This document shows, piece after piece, positions 52,500 through 64,000 of a stretch of DNA of 64,000 bases; position 1 is the stretch's first letter; the number at the start of each line of letters is the position of its first letter. The notes beneath the pieces are model-generated. The model saw nothing but the letters and a program-made list of their open reading frames with translations, was not told the origin of the DNA and did not search any database. The position numbers and the translations under genes are program-made. Location: assembly GCA_030265395.1 (NCBI GenBank), contig JARFYF010000029.1:29177787-29241786 (forward strand), read 5' to 3'. This DNA comes from Rhina ancylostomus. Lineage: Eukaryota.

Positions 52500-53230
52500 A
52501 AGATTTATAATACCGAAGGAGGCCATTTCATTCTGGGACTGTGCCAGTCAAAAAAAAGCTTCCCAGTCGAATCCCACCTTCCTGCACTTGTCCGTAGTCC
52601 TACAAGGTCACAGGTCTTCAAGTACACATCCGAATACTGTTTAAATGTGGTGAGTGTTTCTCCCTCTAGCACCCGTTCTGGCAATGAGTTGTAGGCCCTT
52701 ACTATCCCTTAGGTGCTTTTTTTTCCATATTTTTTTCCATTTCCCCCTAAGTCCTTCTACTACCAATTACTTTAAATCAATGCTTCTTGGTTTTTGATTT
52801 CCTTGGAAAGGGAAATAGGTACTTCTTATTTACTCCATATAGCCTTTGTTAATTTTATACACTTCAGCTAAATCTTCCCTCAGTTTCCTGCTCCACATAT
52901 AAAATAAACAAGCTTATCTAATTTTTCTTCATTGTTGCAGTTTGCCAGTCCTGGCAATATCCTCATTATCCTCTTCTTTACCCTTACAAGCATAATCACA
53001 ACTTTTCTGCAAAATGGTATCCGGAACTATACTTAGTGCTCAGGATGTGTCCAAGCCAGTGTTGTATCCTGTTCCAGCAATAATCTCCCTACTATCATAT
53101 CCTATGCCTTGGGTGATAACAGGTAGCATCCCTTTTTAACCACTCAATGGATCTCTCCTGCTATCTCTAAGGATCTATAGACATATACTCCAAGGTCCTT
53201 TCTTGCTCCATGCCATTCACTGCCCTACTA
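52500..53230 (-). mobile_element. CR1 LINE fragment
   Basis: cagtcctggcaatatcctc and ccggaactatacttagtgctc (reverse of the LEYxVQFW region). Confidence 0.7.
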
Positions 53231-53769
53231 TTTGTCCCTTATTGTTGTACCTCCCCAAGATGAGAAGGGCGACCTGAATTTTATATTGAGGATTCCATTT
53301 ATTCTAAGTAGAACCGTCTCACTTTATGAATTACAATGCTGTGTGATTAAAGTAAAGGCTTCCAACCTAGAAATTGCACATGGACCTTCTTTGGTGTACA
53401 AAAGGTTCAGTGGCATGATCAGTAAAATTTAACCACACCTGGACCGATGACTGCTTGCCCTTGGACATTTTTCTTAATGTTCTCTGGAGCATACAAGTCA
53501 AAGATATCCTAAATCCAGAATCAGGGCCTGTTCTGGGGGCTGGGCGGTGGGGTTGGGGGGAGGGGAGGTTGGGGGATGGAGGAGGGAGGGAATAGAGAAC
53601 AAGAAGGAATTAATTTGGGGCTTGGGAGAAGGATGTGACCAGGGATTGAGCTCGCATTGGAATGGGTATCTGGAAATTAAGGACTGAGTTAGTGGGTGCA
53701 AAATCAGGGCCTGGGTCTAATCCAACTAAAACAGCAATACAGCTCCATCTTTTTAGATCTCTAATTATA

Positions 53770-55020
53770 ATTAACTGACATCTACTAGGATCCCTCTCAC
53801 ATATTTTACATTAGGAAAGGATAATATTCAGCTTTAGTATGCTTTTCTAGCTTCCTGTTAAATATATCTGTACTATTCACCCATCTGTTTAATTGTAATT
53901 TTTGTATTCTCACCATAGTGCTTGCAATCTTCTCCGAGGCTTACTAACTTTTCCTGAGAGAAAACCATGGAGTATCACAGGAAAAGTTTTTCCTTAGGAT
54001 CACTTGAAGTGTAGATTTTAGTTGAGATCAGATGATTTATTGCTATCTTTGAAAAATGCATGGAAAATGGCTTTGTGGTCGAGCCAGTCCTTGCTATCAT
54101 CAATGTTCCGTTCAAGTGGCTCTCATCCTTCTTCAACAGTACCCTCTATTGCCTTTTCTTTAATATGCTTTTCTAGCTTCCTGTTGAATATATCCGTACT
54201 ATTCACCACACTGTTTGATTGTAATTTCTGTATTCTCACCACACTCAGGGTAGTAAATTTGCTTCTAAATTCCATTGATGATAATCTTATATCCTTGTCT
54301 TTTAGTTTTCCTTTTTCACGCAAGTGAAAAAAACTCTCCACCATCTGTGCTCCATACAAAAACCTTTTATAATTTTGGGTGATCTGTCAGATTGCTTTTT
54401 ACAACAGAAGTGATAACCAGCATCCACATCATTTCCTCTCAGGTACATCTTTGCATTTCTGACATTCTGCTTACAATTTATTTTTCACCCTCTCCTGTAG
54501 TTCAATATTTTTTTATATAATAAGGCATGCAGAATTTTAAGACTTGTCTAACCAAAATGTTAACCAAATTTACCAGAACTTTTCAAATCTATTCATTTAG
54601 AAGTAAACCCCTTGGTTTGGTTTTCTTGCAGCTTTATTGACCTTTATCACAATTTGTACTTGGTGTTTCTGGAATCCTTTGATCCTCCCTATTGTTTAGA
54701 TTTCTGAGTCATATGCAACCTCTTTGTTTTCTGATCATAATAAATTAATTTATGATTATCTGTACTGAAATTTATTTATCAATTACACAAGTGCTCTGCA
54801 GGTTTATTACTAAGTATTTGTACTTTGTCCAACACTCCTCAGTTCTGATTATCCTTCCCTCTTGGTGGCCATCCATAAATTGAGAAATGTTTTCACTCTG
54901 AACAGCTGTTCTTTAGCCTTATAACCAGCTAACTATCTATAATTCTTCTTTATCCTTTGGTGCCATATGTTCTGAACTTTTTCATTCATCTATTATCAAA
55001 GGCCTTTTGGAAATTCAAAT
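53770..55020 (-). mobile_element. Old CR1 LINE fragments with internal duplication
   Basis: VVRIQKLQSNSVVNSTDIFNRKLEKHI CR1 C-terminal motif; 53838-53914 is similar to 54164-54241. Confidence 0.6.
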
Positions 55021-55089
55021 ATCATTGTCTAGAAATTGAGTTTCACCTATTTTAGGTGCACCAACCAATCATTCTGTTGAGCTCTAATG

Positions 55090-56220
55090 CCCATTCAGGT
55101 CCCACACACTGAAATGGTGACCGTGATGATTATATGCAACAGATGACAAGGAACATAGAGGTGTCCATCTCCAAGATCTTGCAAGTTGGTTCAGAACCAG
55201 GAGACACCTCTGGAGGTCAGAAGCATTCATTTGCTGGGAATCAGCATCAATCCTGACATACAGCACTTACTGGGTTAAGTGAGGTATAGACAGAGGCCAT
55301 ACAATATCTTTTGCTTCCACACTGCCTCATCATAATCCAGCTAGAGGTCTGCTCTCTGCTCCTCAGGAGCAGCTTGAAGCTTTTCAGTTGCCACACATGA
55401 AGAAATTGCTGCTTTTAATAGACATGGGGATGCAATCCATTAATGACTCATGGTTCCACAGGAGCAAAACTACACATGAACCTCTAGCTGTCCTGCATAA
55501 ACAAAGATGCTGCACTTCAGCAGATTCATCTCCTGCAGAAGCAGAGAGATACCATATGGCTTTCATACAGGAGCAAAAGTATGGCACATGTGCTCCTCTC
55601 CCTCCTGCAAGAGCAGAGGAGCAACTCTGCATTACAAGCGGGATATTGTTCAGATTGACTCAGTTAGCAATTGTTGTTGGAAGTCACAAGTACAGTCCAC
55701 AATGTCAGGCTATGTAGAGAGCTGACACCAAGGAGAAGGCACCAATTCACTCCCTAACTCTCAGGCAACAACTACTGTGCCCCAAAGACAGCTCAGGCTG
55801 CTCCTTCAATTGGTCAAAGCCAAAGATTGAGGTCAGCCCATCTATTGCAAGGACTTCCAATAGGCCATCAAGCACATCTGTGCAGATGCAAAATTAACAA
55901 GAGTAGCCATCCAGATTACAGACTGCTACGATATACATGATTATCAAAAGAGAAAGGCACAACGGTATGCAAGTTTACAGACAATTTATGTATAATTTTC
56001 TGTTGCCTTATTAGACACTAGTCGTGTTCAAATGTGTCCTTGTTGTCCTCAATCACATCCTTCATTATGCAGAGGTAGGTGACTCTAGTGTGGCAGCTGT
56101 TGGTATTGCTCCAGACCTCCAGGCCTCAAATACAATTGTGCTTGAACACGGGTATCTGGGCTGTTTGTTGTAGCACAATATTTTGGCTGTGCATGTTGAT
56201 GGGCAGCTTGCAGTCAGATC
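55090..56220. mobile_element. Probable Harbinger-type DNA transposon relic
   Basis: GC-richer degraded sequence similar in style to 21670-22560 and 38820-39500; weak evidence. Confidence 0.25.
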
Positions 56221-56722
56221 TGAAGTAGTCTATTCAATTTTCCCAGTATTAACTGGGAGTCCTTTTATACATGAAGCAAAGCAACAAACAACTCTGATAT
56301 GTTCCTAGTTGTACTGAGCCTTTTCCACAACTGTCATAGATTACACTTTTGAGCTCCAACTTTTGTCAGGAGAAATAGATGTTATGTAAATATAACATCT
56401 TTATATGGATTTCTGGTGTCAGAAACTGGTTAGAAGTGTTGGTGCAGTCTAACTTCAGGTAAAATGGAATTTTTCACAACTTAACTTTTAGGCCAGCGTA
56501 TCTACCAGATTGCCTTTGCCCAGTCTCAAAGAATTTAGCGATTGGTTAAAAAACTTTCCCTTTTGAAATCTAAATTTACTTTTCATTATTATCTTTTTGC
56601 TTTCTAGATCTTTTATTTTCTTTTTTCTGAATGGTTCCACCAATTTTTCTATGACTGACATTAAACTGAGTGGCCCACTGGGCATGTGCTACATGAAATA
56701 TAATACCCTGAACATGTATTAC

Positions 56723-57399
56723 CTGCCTCCTTCTGTACAGCTTTGACATCATCATTAGTCACTCCTCTGGTACAATGACTTCTCTTCTGATAAATTATTA
56801 AATAAACACGATATACACAATTCAACACAAATAAACATAAATTCTGCAAAATTTGTTCAGAATACAGGTCAATAAAGAACACTCCTTCACTAGATTGGCT
56901 GACCTCAACGGTCAATAAAGGTATATTGAAAAAGTGTCCCATTAAACAGAGCTACATTGCTGACATTGTACAACTCAAATAGGAACCATAAAATGGATTG
57001 TATTAGCCTGCACTACTTAGAGAAAAATAGATTAATCTATTCAATGAATCTTTCTTATATCAATGCATCCAATAGACCACAGATCATGGTCTATTTATCT
57101 TCATATATGCAGACATTTATTTTCATTATAATTTATCTCATCTTTTTCCAGTCATTCAATAATGAAACAATTCCAATTCTTTTAGTTTTAAAGCATTAGA
57201 ATAATGAAGGGATTCAGCGTGAAACAAATGAAAAGGTGTTACATGGAAAGAGAACCGGATGTGAGGAATACTTCATCTTTAAAACTGCTGAATTGCAGAA
57301 AAAGTAATCACTTAATGTAGTTGAAGCGTTCGAAGCAAAATCAGTCAGCTCCCTAACTCTAATCATAGTAGATAAAATGTCTTTCTTCAAATTATACAT
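56723..57399 (-). pseudogene. Pseudo-exon, CABIT-like module
   Basis: tgtttctgcatAG acceptor and GTAATA donor (phase 1). Segments YNLKKDILSTMIRVR..SDYFFCNSAVLKM, R*IPSLF*CF and HFFNIPLLTVEV. Confidence 0.6.
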
Positions 57400-57969
57400 C
57401 TATGCAGAAACAGTAGGATAAGATAGTTCAAAATAACTTGGATTAACCATAAGTAAACATATGTTGGCCTAAAATAGACACTGATACCCAATCCAAGTAA
57501 TCTCCTACACTTCGCACCATTATCCTATTTTCTCCTTTGCTCCCTGAATCATGTCACATCATATTTTCCCTTATATGCTCCTCTCTTTGGATGTTTTTCT
57601 TGACATTATCTAACCACGTCATGCTAAGTGCCACGTACTACTGCTGAAAATATATCTGAAAATATCAGGCAACCCAAAAAGAGATTCATCCATTCTCCAA
57701 TGAAGCTCAGTGACAGGAATTCACATAAATAATAGTCACATCTATCATAATAACGAACTCAATTATTCATCACTTCTCTGTGGTCACTATTGGTTCTAAA
57801 TCAAGACTTGATTTGGATTATCTCAGCATACCTGTTGCACAATTCATATCTCTAAGAGATAGTTAGAACTCAGAAAGATCTGAAAAATGCTAAATTTTAT
57901 GTTGCTTAGTAAAACATTTATCTCAGCAAGCATATCTCAACTATTACTTAGTTAATAGCATCTATAAAC

Positions 57970-58524
57970 TAAATGTTTTTCATGTGGTTTGTTCCAAAAT
58001 GTGATTTTCAGGCACGCAGCCAAATTTCAAGTTTAGCCCAGTTCTGCAATAGTTCATTCAATTCTTTTTAGTTAACGTTTACTCTTCCAGCTCATATTGT
58101 TACAGGAATGTATTATTTTATTTAGTTTGGGGCAAAAATAAAATGGCTGTGCCATAAATCTATAGTACTTTTTCAGACATTTGTGAGAAAAATATAGACA
58201 ATTCAAAGACTCCCATTGTAAACAATATCCTAATCTGATATTGTTTTATTCATTTACAGGATACAGGTTCTGCTCACATATTTATTGCCCATCCCTAATT
58301 GTAAGGCTATATATAATGACAAAGCACTTCTGAGAAAGAACAGAGATGATTGGTAAATTCTACTGCTAATAGTTCCAGCATCTGTTAATGAGATTGAATT
58401 AAAGCAAATTATTCATCTGTGTCTGTCCTCCATTTCTCTAGTAGAAATTACCTGCCTTTATTGGGAAAATGATATAGCTTCTTTAATCAGATCCATTTCC
58501 TTGGCTCTTTGAAGGAACGACTTC
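57970..58524 (-). pseudogene. Possible pseudo-exon, CABIT-like
   Basis: YIIFPIKAGNFY..., NLPIISV and AILFLPQTK. Confidence 0.35.
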
Positions 58525-58559
58525 CTGAGTAAGTTGACTTTGCTTGATGTACTATTTAT

Positions 58560-58890
58560 TACAAGAGGCCATTTGGTCTCTACCAGCTCCCAACAGACCA
58601 ATCCTGTCATTTCCATTCACCCTCCTTATTTCCCTAGAGCTCTGCAACCTATTCTCTGTCACATGTCCATGTAATTCTTTTGGCACTTACCTACATGAAG
58701 GGGTGACTTACAGTAGCCAATTAAATTACCAGCACATCTTTAGGATGTGGGATGAAACCAAAGCAGCTGGCAGAAACCCATTGTCACAAGGAGAACATGT
58801 AACCTCCACACAGTCAGCACTCGAGGTCAGAATCGAACACTGGTCCCCAGAGCTGTGAGACAACACCACTAACCGCTACACCACTATGCC
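58560..58890 (-). mobile_element. V-SINE/HE1-like SINE
   Basis: Reverse of the tRNA-like head and core. Confidence 0.75.
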
Positions 58891-60494
58891 ACTCCAATGC
58901 AATTGACTGTTTGCTATAAGCCCACGAATACCCAAGGAGTGCCACCAACTCATTGGCTAACACAATATCTTCAAAATAAACTCTGCAATTTTTACAAGCT
59001 CATGCTGAGTTAGGACTTCTGTAGACTAAGGTTGCCATCAAAATCTGCATCATAGAACAGATCTCATTATTTTTTCTGAATGCTCACTTTAGCTCATTCA
59101 GACTGACTGCTCCAATGCAGAGCTGAGCTTTAAGCTGCACAGACAATTCATCACCAACATTGCCTGCTTTCAATTCTCAAACATTGCTCTTCTCCATCTT
59201 TTCCACTCCTATCTGCAGAAACTCTACATCGCTGTACTGTCAAAACATTTTTTTGTTACAGATGAATCTTTGCTGGGCTTATAGTACCCACATTATAAAC
59301 TTCAAAGTATTCATGAAGTTGCCATCTCCATTCCATTCTATATTCCATGCCACATTGTACCCAACTCACCTATCTATCCACTTTCTAGCAATCCCTGACC
59401 ATGTCACTTTCAAAATACCCATCTTTGCATTCAAACTTCCTCCCAAGCTTTGATCCACCTACTTCTCTAGCTTCCTCTAATGCAGATCCCTTTCTTCAGT
59501 GCCATCTGTGAAGAGAATTGAATCATTACATTGTGTTAAATCTGTATTAAAATAATTAAGTTGTTGGCCCCTTCACATGAATATTAATTATATATTTTGA
59601 GTATAAAGCAGAGCTCCCCCAGGTGATTCAATGGTTAAATATGTGTTAAGCCAAACAGAAAATAAACTTATGCCATTAATGTGATACCTCATATGTTTTT
59701 GAAATGCCAAAACTCTTTACAATCGCTCTTGCCTTTGAAAGAAACTGTGACAGAACATTTGCAGGTGGTAAGGTTTCATAAATACCAGATAAGGTGAAAG
59801 ATTTGGTAATCTATGTTTAGCTTTGCTTGTTATGGTTAAAATGTTGGTCAGAAAAGGAGAGGATCCACTTTTCATTTTCAAACAGTGTGGTAATATCTTC
59901 CCCATCCATCTGGACAGACAGTTAGACTTCCTGTATAATGTCTCATCTTAAAGGCAGTTGCCTTGAAATTCATTTACAGCTGGTGGTGCTAAAAACAATG
60001 GAATCAAATTTTAAAAGAGAGTGCAGCACACTGCCACTTCATTATATTATAGTTAATACTATTGACTCAGGTTGAATCTCTGGATTGTGAAAATTGGCAT
60101 AGGGCAAAATAAGATTAAAGAAATGAATGCATGGTTGGTATGACAGAAGAGAGCTTTGGTTCAAGGGCACCAGCATCCATGTTGAGCAAAGTGCAAGCTG
60201 CATTGTTGGGATGATCTACACCTGAACCTGTGTTTCAGCAAGCTGCGTAACTTGGGAATTACAAAGGATTTTAAACTAAATTATGGAGGCAAGTGATCAA
60301 GGTTGCAAAGCTGTGGTAAATCAAAAAGTAGAGATAAGGATAGAGAGAAAAGTGTGAAACATGGGAAATGAAAACAGACTGTGACAGAAAGGAATGGAGA
60401 GGAAATACGTGAGAATAAATCAGTAGATAAGGCTAGAGCTTACAAAGGCTCAGTATCTGATTCCACAGAGAATTTGAAACAAAACAGATGAATT

Positions 60495-60670
60495 GAGAGC
60501 AACACACAAAATTCTGGAGGAACTCAGTGGGTCAGGCAGCATCTATGGAGGAAAATAGACAATTGACATTTCGGGTGGAGACCCTTCATCAGGACTGGAA
60601 AGAAAGAGGGGAGATAGCCAGTATAAAAAGATGAGGGGAGTAGGAGCTGGTGGGTGATAGATGGAAAGAT
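60495..60670 (-). mobile_element. Penelope-type terminal repeat containing a minimal hammerhead ribozyme motif
   Basis: Minus strand CTGATGA-A-GGGT(ctcc)ACCC-GAAA-TGTCAATTGTC followed by agatgctgcctgaccc.ctgagttcctccag. Confidence 0.65.
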
Positions 60671-60709
60671 AGATGAACTGAGAGCACCAATAAAAATAAA
60701 CGTTTGATC

Positions 60710-61790
60710 TAATAGCTAACACAGAGACATGGCTGTAGGATAATCTATATTGGGACTTGAATATTGAAGGGTACATGACATTTTGGAAGGACGTGAAGCT
60801 AAGAGGTGGAGCAATGGCTCTGTTAATTATTTATGCCCTTAGTGCAATAGGGGAAAATTACCTTAGTTCAGGAAACTAGGCTACGGAAGCAGTTTAGGTG
60901 GAGATGAGAAATAACAAAGGTATGTCACTGTGGGAGTGGTGTACAGATCCCCTAACAGTAACCACATGTAGAATAGAGTATAAAGAAGGAAACAATGGCA
61001 GCATGTCAGTAAGGTATGGCAATAATCATGGGGGGATCAGATGGGCAAAGGTGGCCTAGGTGCCAAAATAATAGAATGTTTTGAAGGTAGTTTCTTAAAA
61101 CAGCACTTTCTGTACTAACCATAGAGCAGGCCATATTAGACTTAGTAACCTGCAATGAAATAGGATTAATTAATGACCTCATCATGAAGGAATCCATAGG
61201 TGGTAGCCATCATAATATGATTAAATTTCACATTCATTTTGAGAGAGAAAGAATAGGTCCAAGACTAGTATTTTAAACTTATGGAACCATAAGGACATGA
61301 AATCAGAGCTACCTAAAGTGAACAGGTTAATTAGGGTAAGGGATCAGTCAGTTGAGATGCAGAAGCAAATATTTAAGAAGGTCTTTCAGAATACACAGAA
61401 TAGATAAATTCCAATAAGGAAGAAAGTTTTCCAAGGGAAGAATCCACCATCTGTGATTAACTAAAAAAAAATACAAAGATGGTGAAAAAATCATGTAATT
61501 GCACAAAGATGTGCGACAGGTCAAAAGATTGCAGATCGTGCAAAAGACAGCAATAAATGACTAAAAGATCAGTAAGAAAGAAAAGCTAAAGTTCAAGCTG
61601 AAGCTCACCTCTCAGAGTCTTTGGAACTCAAAGTGCAGTAGAGGGAGAGTCTCTGAATATATTTAAGGCAGGGCTTGATTATCAAGGGGATGAATGTTAA
61701 CCAGAATTAGATGAGAATGCAGAAATGAGATTGCCTATGATATTAAGTGCTAGAACAGGGGCTGAGTGGCCTACACCTGCTCATTTGTTG
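60710..61790 (+). mobile_element. CR1 LINE fragments (endonuclease region plus 3' end)
   Basis: acagagacatggctg; gtggtgtacagatcccctaac; gccatattagacttagta; agccatcataatatgattaaatt. Confidence 0.75.
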
Positions 61791-61799
61791 TATCTTCAT

Positions 61800-62270
61800 A
61801 TGTCCGTAAGTGCATATTTAATTTCTAGGCAGGTGATTTTGACAAGGTGGTTCCTTATCCTGAGATTAAAAATAAGATCAGATTATTTGGTTAAATTATG
61901 CTCAAGGAAGTTCCAAGTTTATTTCTCATGTGTGCTATATTACTTGATCTCATTTACGGTGAAAGGGATTAAACCAGAGACTGAATATAGAACTTCAGGT
62001 ACCATTCAATCTCTCATTGAGAAGGTAAAAAGAACTCCGGGCAGTGTTCAAATTCCTATTGCAATTCAATAATCTCTTTGGGAAAGTTTGCATGCATAGA
62101 CATGAGGTGAAGACAAGAATAATCTCAAGGAAAGCTGTGCAGTTCCCTATGGTAAAATAATCAAATACTTTCATGTAATAACAGTGAACACACTTGAGAA
62201 AATACTTGTTTTGTTATATAATTCATTAGGCTGCCTTGAGATTGCACCATAAAATCACAATTATTTATTT
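61800..62270 (-). pseudogene. Possible pseudo-exon, CABIT-like
   Basis: FDYFTIGN, EFFLPSQ*EIEWYL, LIPFTVNEIK and HLVKITCLEIKYAL. Confidence 0.4.
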
Positions 62271-62674
62271 CTATTTAAAGAATTGACATTCAAGTGATGT
62301 GTCAAATCACTACTAATCCCTGAAAAACAAGTGCCGGAGCTTTAGCATGTTTACTATCTAAGGGAGGAAAAAGAGGAATAAGTGACTGAAACAATTTCAT
62401 TATTAATAAACATTACTATAACTGGTCTTCTGATGATTTTGCCTCTACAGTTTTCAGAAGTGTCATTCTAAGTGTCCTTCTCTGAGGATTTCTGTTATTT
62501 TAAATTCATTAAGATCAAGGTAAAAGGCAAGGTCTGAAGGTCAGACATGCCGGTCCAGAGAAAAACCACTGTGGACTTAACCGGTCAGCTAATCATTCTT
62601 TCAACCTTTACATGCATTGTATGTCCAACTGCAATAGAGGATTTATTTTTGTCGTAATCAAAGTCCATATTTAC

Positions 62675-62747
62675 TTAAAAAGTGAATGTTTCAACATTTG
62701 CAATTGTTCCCAACTCCTTCATTTCAGAACTTCAGTTTTGAGGTACA
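62675..62747 (-). pseudogene. Possible small pseudo-exon
   Basis: ttaaccAG acceptor and GTAAAT donor. Translation YLKTEVLK*RSWEQLQMLKHSLF. Confidence 0.3.
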
Positions 62748-63289
62748 CTGGTTAATTTTAAAACTGATTTTGAATATTTTATGTTGATATTCAACAATTT
62801 CAATGCTATTTTGTGCTTTATAATGCAGGCAATAATTTGTGTGGGGGTCATAACTTTAAAATATGTTTGTAGTCACAATTGTGGATGATAGAGTGAAACA
62901 ATTATTTAAATAGTGGATCAAAGTGAATATTTTTAGTAAGAAAGGAACCAGATTTAGGCAAAATATGCACTGAGTTTGAATAGTTATTTATCCTGCCTAA
63001 AAAAAAGTTTTACATTTCCTTGTTTGCTTCATTTTCTTATGTATTCTCTACCTCCAGTAAACGTTATATAGCACTGGTATATTACTAAATAATGAATACT
63101 TCATTCAAAAGATCTTTAGCAATCATTAGTTCTAGAAAAACACATTGAACATAAGAGAAACAAACCTATTTGGTGAATTTGAGTCGCTACAAAAGGTTAA
63201 ATTCTGAACTTCAATTCGAATTAATAGTTTCAACATCAACTTCAATTTTATAAACATTTAGTTTAGAAGTAATATTCCAGTATATCCTG

Positions 63290-64000
63290 TTTTTTACCAG
63301 TATTTATAGGAACTATTATACCAGTCACTTTTACTACAAAGCTATCACTCAATGTAAGAATCTATTGAGTCAAGCTGCATTAGATAGCATGCATTGTCTG
63401 GATGGCATCAATAAGCCAACAGCTGGGTGCTCTTAAACAGAGTCAATAGATGTCCAAACTAATCTATTCTTGGTTGTCTCTTGACCTGAATAGGCTATAA
63501 ATGTTGTGGTCTGTTGCTTTGTTCGTAACAATGACTGTTTCATCAAGCAATACAAAATCTCAGTTGAGATTCATCAAAAATCTATAATTCAAGTTTAAGA
63601 CTAAAAGATAAATGTTTCCCAATATCTATGCAATTTGGTTTAGAGAATGCAACTTTTCTTCAACAAAACTCATGAAAAGAAAATGTCATTAACTTCACAT
63701 ATTTAAAGTTTTCTTCAGTTAATAAATTTAAACGGTAACTGTTCACAAAGTCTCATCAAGATCAAATGCAGCTTCACAACAATTTTTAATAAATGCTAAC
63801 TTTAGTAATACTTACAAATAATAGCAAAAATGTTGCAGTTTTATTCCATGCAACATAGAAAAATTGTCAGGACACTATTGAAAATGGACCTTTTGTTGTG
63901 ATCATTAAATGTTGCCTTGGGGAAAAAGAGTTATCTGACACAAAAGCCCCTTTTGTGCAGCAAATCCACTATTTTTAGATATAGTAGTATTTCACATAAA
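63290..64000 (-). pseudogene. Pseudo-exon, CABIT-like module (runs off the window)
   Basis: CTKGAFVSDNSFSPRQHLMIT, AFDLDE/LCEQLPFKFI and NYRFLMNLN*DFVLL, with many stops. Confidence 0.5.

Larger units (their letters stand above)
4176..64000 (-). pseudogene. Multi-exon unprocessed pseudogene (or tandem cluster) encoding many CABIT-like (THEMIS/GAREM-family) modules; extends past the right edge of the window
   Basis: About 25 minus-strand exon-like segments with protein-like translations, splice signals, phase-compatible junctions, recurring CABIT-type motifs and many premature stops/frameshifts. Domain identity is inferred by eye. Confidence 0.65.

Noticed and set aside
4176-64000. Assigning a known symbol (THEMIS, GAREM, GREB1, TASOR, CATSPERB, ADCY10, PKHD1)
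   Set aside because: Only motif-level similarity to THEMIS/GAREM and a module count that fits neither. The others showed only chance short matches, so no symbol is given.

Overview
AT-rich eukaryotic genomic DNA with several N gaps. The repeat content (CR1/HER1-type LINEs, V-SINE/HE1-like SINEs, Rex1/Babar LINE, Penelope-like elements with hammerhead-ribozyme termini, Harbinger relics, a solo LTR) suggests a cartilaginous fish (inference). No intact protein-coding gene, rRNA, tRNA or CRISPR array is visible. Between the transposons, the minus strand carries about 25 degraded exon-like segments from ~4.2 kb to the window end. Several have canonical AG/GT splice sites whose phases join consistently. 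Their hand translations repeatedly show motifs resembling the CABIT domain of THEMIS/GAREM proteins (e.g. WSSSSILHLSNF, ITWSSEGMS, DEFLFTSGEIISI, GGKILLVH, KIEVPFEYQ, IPSSFP*LWKI, LSFPGPKGKF, LCQLHKLPVR). I interpret this as a pseudogenised giant poly-CABIT gene, or a tandem cluster of such genes, with roughly ten CABIT-like modules, many in-frame stops and frameshifts, and LINE insertions inside exons. The domain call rests on motif comparison from memory and needs an HMM or structure check.
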